Shown here: positions 50,812 through 61,427 of the stretch, piece after piece
Layout of the letters: each line of letters begins with the position of its first letter
Numbering within the stretch: position 1 is the stretch's first letter
Source: Chlorokybus atmophyticus
Taxonomy: Eukaryota > Plantae > Mesostigma and Chlorokybus algae
Direction: 5' to 3'
Assembly (NCBI GenBank): GCA_009103225.1
Contig: RHPI01002262.1
Location: forward strand, 1,060,955 to 1,124,954
Length of the DNA stretch: 64,000 nucleotides
Notes under the pieces: model-generated
Told to the model about the DNA's origin: nothing
The model's database searches: none
The model's input: the letters and a program-made list of their open reading frames with translations, nothing else
Translations under genes and position numbers: made by a program

Positions 50812-51273
50812 TATTGGGTTCGACTCTCAGTGGACGCATGTGTTCTTCACCAATCATTTCTCAGACGCCGCGGCCTCGTGCGCTGAAGCCTGCGGCCCCG
50901 CAGGCCGGGCGTGGCCGGTCCTTCGGCTCAAGATAGAGCACATTTCTTGCATTTGCAACAAAATCTGATGGTTATAAATAAACATTGCGGTCGATGGTCC
51001 GCTGACCAGACTAGTAATGATTGTTAAGTACATTTTCATGAGTAAGTCCCTGGTTCGCTGGCTCGTACCTGGTCCTGACGCGACCGGAAATCGGCCGGAC
51101 CAAACATGGTGCGACCCATGGAAAACTTGGTTCCCTTCACGTGAGGGTTGGATCATGCATGGTCGGACTGTCAATGACAGTCCGACCATATGGTCCACGG
51201 AATTCACTTAGCAGGGGAAAATCACGGTCCGAGGGTACGGACCATTCATGGTCGTTTTACGTCAATCGGTGTG

Positions 51274-53058
51274 CAACCAGCACTAAACAGGCAAGCTGGC
51301 ACGGTGGGCACTCCTGCTGCACGAGTATAACTTTGAGGTGGATCGGGCAGGCCTGTTTAAGCAGGACGCAAACGGCCTATGTCGCAACCCCCACATCAGC
51401 ACCAACCACGCGACAAGAGCCCGACACGAGTTGGGTCCTGCAGCCGCACCTCCAAGTGTAGCGGCCATGTTCACTGTTGCTGCGCTACGTTCAAGACGCA
51501 AAACCCAGGCCACCGAGGCAGCAGACGATGACGTGCCTTCTCTCAGGCCCACCGTCACCGTCATAGACCCCTTGTTGGAGGAAGCGCTCGCCGCCGACCC
51601 TGAGGTAGACTCTGAGGAGTTGGCACCCACCGACACACGACAGGACATCTGGCTTAATAAGCCATCCCTCGCACTGCTCCGGACTGGACAATTTTCAGCA
51701 GACATGAGCGTGCGTGAGAACAACTGCGTCGATCAACGCATTCAGCGCTATCGCTGGGCCGACGACAAGCTGTATCGACGGATACAGAATGAGGACAAGG
51801 TGGTCCCAACACCAGCTGCGCGAGCAGGCATCACCGCTGCCCTTCACACCGAGCTCGGACACTTTGGTGTTAAGCGCACGGCCAGTCTGGTTGGAATTCA
51901 GTACTGGTGGTATGGGGTGCACAAAAAGGTGCGCGAGTTTGTCAGCAATGTGGCATGGTCCGCGCGAGCCTTAACACGCGCAACGCCACCTTGCATCCCC
52001 TCCCCATCTCGGGACTAATCTACCACTGCAGACTGGACATCCTCGGGGACTTATCGCCCTCAGCACGAGGCAATCGCAACATCCTCGTCATGATGGAGCA
52101 CTTCTCCAAGTGGGTAGAGCTGGTGCCCCTGCCCGACGAGAGCAGCGAGGGAGTAGCCCAGGCTTTCCTCTCCCATGTACTTGGACGCTTCGGCAGCTGT
52201 GCTGAAGTCATTACCAACCAAGGTACGGAGTTCAGTGGAGCCTTCGACAAGCATGGACAGGTGCTTCATCGACCATCGCCGTACTTCACGCGACCATCCA
52301 CAAGCCGATGGTCTCGCTGAGCGTACCGTACAAGCCATAAAAAAGGCTTTGCGCAAGTACGTCCTTAACTACGAGAAGAGCATATGGGATGACCACCTCC
52401 AATGGGTAACACTGGGGTACCGGCTGTTTAAGCAGGCAGCATTGCGGGAGTACAACCCGTACTGTGTGATGTTTGAAAGGCAGCTATTGCTCCCTTTCCG
52501 CGCACAGTTGGAGGTCGATAGAGTGGTGGACAATCTTGACAACCCCGGCGAGATGCTGCGTGATCTGATAGCAGCGCGCTGATCGAGCACACTATCCCCA
52601 TAGCCTTCAATAACCTGCGCATTGCTCAGCACCGCGACACGCTTTGCTACGAGCGTGTGCGCAGCGGTATCTACAAGGAGTGCAAATGCCGCTTTCAGCC
52701 AGGAGACTTCGTCTACCGCATGGCGACCACACGCGACACCCTCGACACCTCCGTTAGGCGCGCTGTCTATAAGGTATTGAAGGTGTATCCCACAGGGGTA
52801 CCGGACCTTCTGGGACAACGATGCGAGCGCATGAAGGACAACATGGTAAACGGCGCGCCCTGTCATCCTCCCCACGTTGCTGGCTTTGGCAAGATCCAGC
52901 ACCCGCAACTACTGCAAAGCACCCGCTGCGAAAAAGGTGGCAGTGCCGACAATGACCAGGCGATGCTGTTATGCGAAGGCAACCAAGGCATGCACTGTTA
53001 CTGCATTAACCCTCCATTGGACAAGGTGCCGCTGTGGGAGTATTGGTGCGATAACTGA
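51274..53058 (+). mobile_element. Gypsy pol remnant: RNase H end, integrase, C-terminal PHD finger
   Basis: NQH*TGKLARWALLL.EYNF, LHTELGHFG, LDILGDL, EHFSKWVE, HPQADGLAER, RCEKGGSADNDQAMLLCEGNQGMHCYCINPPLDKVPLWEYWCDN. Frameshifted. Confidence 0.9.
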
Positions 53059-53139
53059 CGCATCAACGGTCCCCGACACAGTCGGTAAAAGCTGAATTCT
53101 GAAGCAGGAGGCTACCCCAGAAAATCATGTGGGGTGGCT

Positions 53140-53816
53140 TGTTGACTGTGTGTACTAAAGCACAGTAGGTACAGTAAGGAGGAGAGCGTCACTAGCTCTA
53201 CTACTAATCAGATGCTCACCTAGGTTCATCCCTGAGCATATGCCTATGTCTAGGGGGGTGTATTTGTTTGTGTTGCTCTAATGCTGCGCGTAGCATCAGC
53301 ATGCCCACGGCATGGGTGCTCGTCTGCAATGTGCCTGGGACGGTGTAACCCTCGACCATGGCAGGCACGACAGCTGTTATGCCAAATACCCTCGCATGCC
53401 AGTCCTCCTCGAGCATGCCTACATCCAACCCCAAGCCCGGGCTACCAGCATGAAGACCGCGCGCACCCTAGCCTATTGCCAGCTACTTTGTACTTCATGT
53501 AGCATGTAGCTAGGGCTACTCTACAGACCTCTGTAGGACCCGTGCGTAGCTGATCAGTTAGGAATCTGTTATTAGCTCATGTGCTATAGCGAGTCTTGCA
53601 GGATTTCTATAGTAGCATACGGCCTCAATGTGACCGTTAGCCTAGTGCCCGCATGGCATCGCACATTCATGATTGACATGTATAAGTAGGAAGACATGTC
53701 ACCAGCCTCGCTAGTGACACTGTGTGTGAGTATTAAGTCTCTAACTTTAACTCTTTAAGAGCTTGCGAAGCGACTTGAACTAGAAGCACACCGTCCCGGT
53801 TGCATCAATCAGGACA
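53140..53816 (+). repeat. Putative 3' LTR of the plus-strand Gypsy
   Basis: Follows GGGGTGGCT and starts TGTTGACT, the same junction as the minus-strand copy at 54253. The right end (..CAGGACA) is a guess. Confidence 0.5.
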
Positions 53817-56800
53817 TAGCATCTTGGAGTTGCTTGTGCATTCACCTCACTGAACAGTGTAACACATTATCCACTTATGTGAAGAACTGTGTATACAGCA
53901 CTACCTATCGTAGCGGCTTGTTTTCTCACGGTGTCACCCTCTTTGCTCAAGTGAGTGCATCGTATTCCATATTAAATAGTGCAGTCTGTATCTTGGGATA
54001 CATTGTCGGGCCTGGCAGGGTCGGGTGCCTCTCCGGGTCGATCCCAACTGTATTGTCATGACAGGGAATGAGGCCAGCCTGGTGGGCTGTCGATTGTGTA
54101 GCTGCACAGTGCGGGAGGCAAAGGATACCCCCCCGCCTGTACCTACTTGTGGTGACAACACATATGATGTTAATGACATGTGATACGATGTGGTGCTGCG
54201 TGCTCTGAGTAATGAAATGCGTTGCTGATAATGCTACCAAGAGCAAGTCAACAAGCCACCCCCCCTGTGAACTGGGGAAGCCTCTGTTCCAGTGAGCAGC
54301 CTTCAGCGGGAATGAGGAGGACCATGGATGCGACAGTCCTCACACCAATATGCCTTCAGGGGCACAGTGTCCTTTGGTGGGTCGAAGCTGTAGCAGTGCA
54401 TGCCGTTGTTGCACCCGTCACACAACATCATGAGTGCGTCATCGTCGGCACTACCGCACTTCTCGCAACGCTTGCTGCGACTGGGTCGAGGGTGCTGAAC
54501 GATGTTGAAGCCTGCGACGTGTGGCAGGTGGCATGGAGCACAGTTCTCCATGTTGTCCTTAAGACGTTCGCCGTTGTTGCCGAGTAAGTCCAAAACTCCA
54601 AAAGGGAACACCTTTAGGACTTTGTAGACGACGCGTTTGACACTGATGTCAAGGGTGTCTTTGGTCTGGGTCATACGGTAAACGTAGTCGCCCGCCTCGA
54701 AGCGACGGCTGCGCTGCTTGTAGAACCCACTGCGGACACGTTCGTAGCGCAGTGTGTCCCGGTGCTGAGCAATGCGGAGGTTGCCCATGGCCATGGGGAT
54801 GACGTGCGCGAACAGGTAGGCGCGCTGATGCATGTCGTGCAGCATAGCCACAGGGTCGTCGAGGTTGTCCAGCACGCGTTCCACTTCCTTCTGAGCGCGG
54901 AAGGGGAGCAAGGGTTCCCTACCAAACAGCAGCTGGTATGGGCTGTACATGCGCAAGGAAGCCTGTTTGAAAAGCCGATAGCCTAGTGCCATCCAGGGGA
55001 GGTAGTCATCTCAGGTGCGTTTCTCGTGGTCGATGACGTACTTGCGCAAGGCCTTCTTGATGGTCTAAACAATACGCTCCGCCAGTCCATCTGCCTGCGG
55101 ATGGTCACGAGAGGTCCGCCGGTGGTCGATGTAGGAGCGATCCATCAAGGTGTCGAACTCGCCGCGGGATTCTGCCCCTTGGTCGGTAATGACTTCAGCA
55201 CATGAGCCGAAGCGACTGAGCACATGGTCGAGGAACGCCTGAGCGGTTCCCCTGCTGCTTTTATCGGGAAAGGGGACCAGCTCAACCCACTTGGAGAAGT
55301 GTTCGATCATGACGAGGATGTACTTGTTGCCACGAGCTGAGGGTGCCAAATCTCCAAGGATGTCCAGTCCCCACCGGTAGAACATGCCGGCTATAGGCAG
55401 CGGATGAAGCGTGCTGGTATGGGTGTTGAGGCTGGCACGCACAAGGTCGCAATGCTCGCAGCTTGCGACAAGAGTGCGAACCCGAGTGTGCATGCCATGC
55501 CACCAGTATTGGGCACTCACCAAGCTAACGGTGCGCTTGACACCGAAATGACCCAGCTTTGTGTGGAGTGCAGAGATGATGCCCTCGCGACGGTGCAGCG
55601 CCGGAACCTCTTTGTCATGGATGTGGACACGCCGGAAGACGAGTCCATCCTCCCATCGGTAGTTCTGGCAGCGCTGACTGACGCGGTCCCGTTCACGCGC
55701 GCTCAGTCCTGCCATATGCTGTCCATGCTGTAGGTAGGCCATGGAGTTCTTGTCCAGCCAGATGTCTTGACGTAGATCCGCCGCTGGGAGTTGGGCATCA
55801 TCGGGTGTGGCCTGCTTAGATGTGTCAGTGTCGACAGGGATGAGCGCTGGCATAGTGTCCGATACTGGCATCGCCGGAACTGCTCCTGTGATGGTGTCTC
55901 GTTCCGAGCGTAGCGCAGCTACGGCAAGCATGGTGGCCACCTGTGGTGGTGGTGCCAACGGACCCAAGTCATGGCGGGCACCGGTGGCGTTGTTGGTGGA
56001 GAGGTGGGGGTTGCGGCTGAGGCCATCCGCGTCCTGGCTGGCCAGGCTTGCCCGATGGGTGATCTCGAAGTCGTACTCCTGTAGCAGCAAGGCCCACCTG
56101 GCCAACTTGCCTGTAAGGTGTTGATTGGTCATGAGCCAGCGCAGCGGCTGGTGGTCGGTGATCAGCGAGAACTGTCTCCCAAATAGGAAGGGTCTGAAGA
56201 AGGAGATGGCCCATACAGCGGCAAGGCACTCGCCCTCGTAACTGCTGTAGTTGGCTTCAGCGCTGTTGTTGCTGCGGTTGGCGTAGGACACCACCCGTTC
56301 CTTCTTGTTATTGTCGAGCTGGACCAAGACAGCACCCATGCCGAGTTTGCTCCAGTCGGTGTGGAGAACAAAGGGCTTGGTGTAGTCTGGTCGCTGCAGA
56401 ATGGGGGCTGATGTGAGCTTGTGCTTCAGGTCCTCAAAAGCCTATTGCTATGCCTCCTTCCAGCTCCACTCTGTCTCTTTCTTGAGGAGTTCGTTGAGGG
56501 GGCGCGCCACCTTAGCGAAGTCTTTGACGAACCTCCTGTAGTAGTTGGCGAGGCCAAGGAAGGCACGCAGTCGAGTCAAATTTGTCGGGGCTGGAATAGA
56601 TGCCAGAGCCTCCACCTTGGCCTGCTGAACGTATACGCCGTTGGGCACGATCATGTGGCCGAGGTAGGGGACCTTGTGGGTGAAGAAGTGCACTTGGCGG
56701 GGTGCACAGTCATCCCTACTGCCTGAACTCTCCTTAGTACCTCCTCGATGTGGAGGAGATGCTCCTCTGCGGTGTGGCTGAAGATCAGGATGTCGTCGAT

Positions 56801-57700
56801 GTAGCACCGCGCGAAGGAGCACCCCTTCACGCCTTGTCCATCACGCGCTGGAACTTTGCTGGCGCGTTCTTCAGCCCGAAAGGCATGACCTTCCAGTGGT
56901 ACAGCTGCCGGTTGCCCCAAAATGCTGTTTTGTGCTTGTCTTCGGGCTTGATCTCGATCTGGTTGTACCCCTGCTGCATGTCCAGAATGCTGAACATGGT
57001 ACACGAGCCGACGTCGTCAAAGATGCCCTCTGCGGTTGGCATTGGGTACCGATCTTGCTTGGTTTTGTTGTTGAGTGGGCAATAATCCCCACACATCCGC
57101 CGTTGTCCAGTTGCCCTCTGAGTCCTTCTTGAGGGGCATGACTGTGGCGGCAGCGAAGTCGGACGTGGATTCCTCAATGAGTCCCGCCTCCAGCAATGCA
57201 TCGCATCGCTGTTCCACCAAGTCTTCCTCCAACTTGGACAGCTTGTACTGTCTTCTGAACACCGTTTCTTCGTCGACGAGGTCGATGTCCATCTGGTACA
57301 CTGAACACTTGCGCAGCTCCTTGACGTCGAAACTAAACCGAGCCTTCCATTTGTTGAGGAGCACCTCCAACTGTTCCTTCACAGGTCATGTAGCCAAGGG
57401 TCCCATGGCGTGATCCCATGATGTGGCGGTTGCCTTCACAGGGATGTCCTCCACTGTGACTGCTGCCTTCTCCTCCATGTGAGCGATCTCTAGGGCGGTG
57501 TGGGCCACGACAGCGTCGGCGAGATTGACTCACCCCCCAGACAGGTGTTCGAGATCCTTGAGAGACACCTGTCGGTCTTGAATGGCGAAGCAGATTTCTA
57601 GTAGCCAAACCATACTATTTTGGTCCATGGCGCGACCTAGGAGTTGCCTCTGTTAACTGTCGATTAGCGCGCAGCTTGTGATGCTGCCCGGAAAGAAACC
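53817..57700 (-). mobile_element. Second Gypsy copy (RT, RNase H, integrase, PHD, partial 3' LTR), tail-to-tail with the first
   Basis: RMCGDYCPLN, SILDMQQGYNQI, KTAFW, VMPFGLKNAPAKFQR, YIDDILIF, HTDWS, YEGECLAAVW, LHTKLGHFG, CEKCGSADDDALMMLCDGCNNGMHCYSFDPPKDTVPLKAYWCEDC. PPT-LTR junction GGGGGGTGGCT|TGTTGACT at 54253. The 5' extent is approximate. Confidence 0.9.
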
Positions 57701-58399
57701 CATGGCGCGTTCGCGCTCACGTGCGTTGGGCTCTTCCAGTCGGTTTGTGGTGCGGTCAAAGACCATGCCGTCCCCGCCATCTCGGAAAGCATAAGAGCCT
57801 AGATATGAGACCATCGTGGGGAGTGCTCTGCGTGGTTCGCCCGGTTGGTTGCATTAATGGAAGTGGGCGTGGTCGTGGCGAGAGACTGGTTGCGATGTTC
57901 TGCCAGCGTCGAGGATGTCATCCACGAACAAGTTGCTGGGACGTGAACTAAGTAGATACTCCGCGGCTGTCAGCTCTTCCACGGCGGCAAGGTTGGTCCA
58001 CTTGGCACTGTCATGCGCGAGCATGTAGTGTCATGTGCATGGTGCCCTCGGGGCTGGCGGCATGGATGGACCTTGGGATTTCGGCTCTCGTAGCCATTTT
58101 ACAAGGTTTATGTGTTGGGTTTTTGTTGGGAACTCCTGTTTGGGTCCTCATGGACGTGAGGGAGGTGTGTTCGAGGCGTATCTACAGTCAGATACCGAGC
58201 TGACAGCATATTTGAGTCATTATAGTATCCCGCGCAGCTGTTTTGGAGTTGTGACTTTGAGAAGCCATAACCTACAGTTGGAGTGGCGGTTTGGCCGTGG
58301 GTTGGCGTCAAAAGATGCGTCTTGAAGTGTACTTGAAGAGGATAGGCTTGGATAAGTCTTTCATAACCGTCTACCGTTACTTATCAACGCCATCATGAC

Positions 58400-59182
58400 T
58401 GTTACTATGCTGGTGCAGATTGACAGTTAGGGTAGTTGGAGAGTTGGTTGGGCTTGGGCTCAACGGTGGTATATAAGGCTTTGCTAAAGTCTGGTATCGC
58501 GGCAGCCGCTGCTTGTGAGACACCTAGCATCCCTAGCAATCTCGTCTTTGGAATCTTCTGCGCATGGTCAACAAATGCCGCCGTGAAGAGCTTACGCGTG
58601 CTAATGTAGCGATGATGATGTAACTCCTGGGATAGGCGCACAAAGAGACTCAGTCAATACGTGAATTGACATTAGTCAACACGTGTAATTGCGCATGCGT
58701 TGCAATATGCGTGAACTACCTTGAGCATGTTGGAAAAGTTCATGAAACTCTGATTGTTCACCACGTTACGCCGCAACATGATCTCGATGGCCTCTTCGAC
58801 ACCATGCCGTTGCGTGAGCACGTAGGGGAAGGCCTCTTGCACGCTTACAGGGAGCTGCGCCATGATCTTGGCATCATAACCAGCAAATGTATGCCCGGTA
58901 CCGTCTAGTATCAACCATAGCGTGGAGACACGTAAAGTTAGAGTGCGAAAGGTCATCTCGCGTAACAAGCTTGATGACGTTCAATACTGAGTGTACTGAC
59001 ATAATACCTTTGCAGCTTTTGCACTTGTAGTCATAACTGTACAGCCAACAAGTCGCGGACAATGTGGTAACCGGCCGCACACTCCCACGCCAATTATCAC
59101 TGTACAGGGGCTTGTCACAGTACGGGCATGGAATCTTCTTCACCTTGTCCGAGCAGAAGATGTGCGGCGCCCAAAACGTCAC
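58400..59182 (-). pseudogene. Spliced fragment resembling the DUF6729-like N-terminal region of DNA transposases
   Basis: FWAPHIF..IPCPYCDKPL...W...RPV..L..TCWLYSYDYKCKSCK| and FAGYDAKIMAQLPVSVQEAFPYVLTQRHGV..MLRR. Recognised from pattern memory only. Confidence 0.45.
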
Positions 59183-59533
59183 TTAAGTCACCGTTGATAT
59201 GAGCGCGGTACATCACAAGTGTTGCATGCAACTGTCACATGTTTATACCATTGTCCCGCGCGGAATCTGATATGCGCACAACTTGAGTGCGCCCAACATC
59301 AAGCCTGAGGGGACTGGTAATGTGAAATCAGACCATACATCTATGTCAACCGCTGGGCATGCCCACTCCCCTTTATCGGCCTGCCAAGTTGCTTGTGGCA
59401 ATAAAGGCTTTATGCCACGCTTCTCTTCTTCCACCGTGACCGTCTTGCGCGTGCGCTAAAGACACCAATTCAACACGTACTTCTCCGCGGTTGAGGCTTC
59501 CTTTGATGAAGCGCCTGTAGCGATTAATGATAC

Positions 59534-59536
<3 letters not shown>

Positions 59537-59578
<42 letters not shown>
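59537..59578. repeat. (TG)n microsatellite abutting the assembly gap
   Basis: 21 TG units, then N. Confidence 0.97.
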
Positions 59579-60223
59579 NNNNNNNNNNNNNNNNNNNNNN
59601 NNNNNNNNNNNNNNNNNNNNNNNNNNNNNNNNNNNNNNNNNNNNNNNNNNNNNNNNNNNNNNNNNNNNNNNNNNNNNNNNNNNNNNNNNNNNNNNNNNNN
59701 NNNNNNNNNNNNNNNNNNNNNNNNNNNNNNNNNNNNNNNNNNNNNNNNNNNNNNNNNNNNNNNNNNNNNNNNNNNNNNNNNNNNNNNNNNNNNNNNNNNN
59801 NNNNNNNNNNNNNNNNNNNNNNNNNNNNNNNNNNNNNNNNNNNNNNNNNNNNNNNNNNNNNNNNNNNNNNNNNNNNNNNNNNNNNNNNNNNNNNNNNNNN
59901 NNNNNNNNNNNNNNNNNNNNNNNNNNNNNNNNNNNNNNNNNNNNNNNNNNNNNNNNNNNNNNNNNNNNNNNNNNNNNNNNNNNNNNNNNNNNNNNNNNNN
60001 NNNNNNNNNNNNNNNNNNNNNNNNNNNNNNNNNNNNNNNNNNNNNNNNNNNNNNNNNNNNNNNNNNNNNNNNNNNNNNNNNNNNNNNNNNNNNNNNNNNN
60101 NNNNNNNNNNNNNNNNNNNNNNNNNNNNNNNNNNNNNNNNNNNNNNNNNNNNNNNNNNNNNNNNNNNNNNNNNNNNNNNNNNNNNNNNNNNNNNNNNNNN
60201 NNNNNNNNNNNNNNNNNNNNNNN
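59579..60223. other. Assembly gap (645 N)
   Basis: Run of n. Confidence 1.
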
Positions 60224-60602
60224 CCAGTCATACATACCTGCTGCTCGGCCGCTCGGCCGCCGCCGCCGCCGCTGCCTCTGCCGCCTCCCCTGCCGCTGGC
60301 CGCTGAGGGTAGGCAGGCCGAGTAGCCGTTAAACGGAATGTGCGCAATGTCTACTCAGTATAGTTGTAGCAATCGTTAAATACATGCATACATTTCATTT
60401 ACAACATCGAGCGGCTACTACAACCGAAGTAGTAAATCGGCGGTCAGGATAGCTCAAAGTAGCTCAAGGATTAGGTCGATCGACGGTAAGAATTAGCTCG
60501 GCGACAGTTGCTCTGAGTTATCGCTGAACGTCCGTTCAGTCCCGAACAGTGCCGCTAGTGTGGCTAGTGTAATAAGTGTATTCATTGCTGTGCGTTACTG
60601 TG

Positions 60603-60937
60603 CACACAGGGGTTTTTACGCGCGGACTAGTCGTACGCGGCCCGCGGACCACGTCTGGTACATTGTAGCGTACCAGTGCCGCGAATGGTGCGGCGTGACC
60701 GAACCAGTGGTCCGGCCCCGGAGCCGGACAGCCTGGTCCCTTTGACCGGACCAGGGTTGGTCGCGTGCTCCGCGGCCAATGCACCAGCATCACTGCTACC
60801 GTACGCGGTCTAACCGGCAGGACTTGGGCTGGTCGCGCCCCCTGCAGCTTGCGAATCAGCACCAGCATCACTGGTACCGTACGCGGTCTAACCGGCAGGA
60901 CTTGGGCTGGTCGCGCCCCCTGCAGCTTGCGAATCAG
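60603..60937. repeat. Another CACAC-type end with GGACC/GGTCC repeats and a 78-bp tandem duplication
   Basis: CACACAGGGGTTTTTACGCGCGGA.., GGACCAGG/CCTGGTCC motifs. Units 60782-60859 and 60860-60937 differ at one base. Confidence 0.65.
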
Positions 60938-61002
60938 CGGAGCACTGTTTTAAAAGGTTCAGCCGCTGTGTACTACGACTTACGAGCCTGGTTCGTACAC
61001 TA

Positions 61003-61427
61003 CAGTTTAACCTTGATAAGTGCATACCATCGGGAACGGGCTTATGTATGCACTTATCGCGTTTATGCATCCTCGTTAAGTGCATAAATTATGCACCCGC
61101 TTTAAGTGCATTCATTATGCACTTAGGCTTGGCATAAATGCATAACCTATGCACTTATGGAGTAAACCTAATCCTGAGTTACGTTGTAACGTGTACGACC
61201 GTAACTATGATACATTGTAATCATAAACTGTCGGTAATTAAAGCGTAATTTACCTTGATAAGTGCATAGACACACCAAAGGTTGGGCATCTCAAGGTATG
61301 CACTTATCGATAAATGCATATGCTCTTAACGCACAGGTCTTCCCCCTGAAGACGTCGGTGATGGCCGCATTTATGCACTAAACGCGGATATGCACTAATC
61401 GAATATGCACTAATGGAGGTTAGACTG
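61003..61427. mobile_element. pogo-family MITE (425 bp) with TATGCAC/GTGCATA internal repeats
   Basis: TA|CAGTTTAACCTTGATAAGTGCATA ... TATGCACTAATGGAGGTTAGACTG|TA. Confidence 0.8.

Larger units (their letters stand above)
39064..51273. mobile_element. DNA transposon with CACAC terminal inverted repeats and GGACC/GGTCC subterminal repeats
   Basis: Left CACACCGCTTGACGTTGAAGGACCATGCATGGTCC; right, reverse-complemented, CACACCGATTGACGTAAAACGACCATGAATGGTCC. It interrupts a Gypsy RNase H; CAAC is present on both sides, with 9 extra bp on the left. Confidence 0.75.

Noticed and set aside
59456-60332. Long ORFs in the supplied track
   Set aside because: Artefacts of the N gap and the (TG)n tract.
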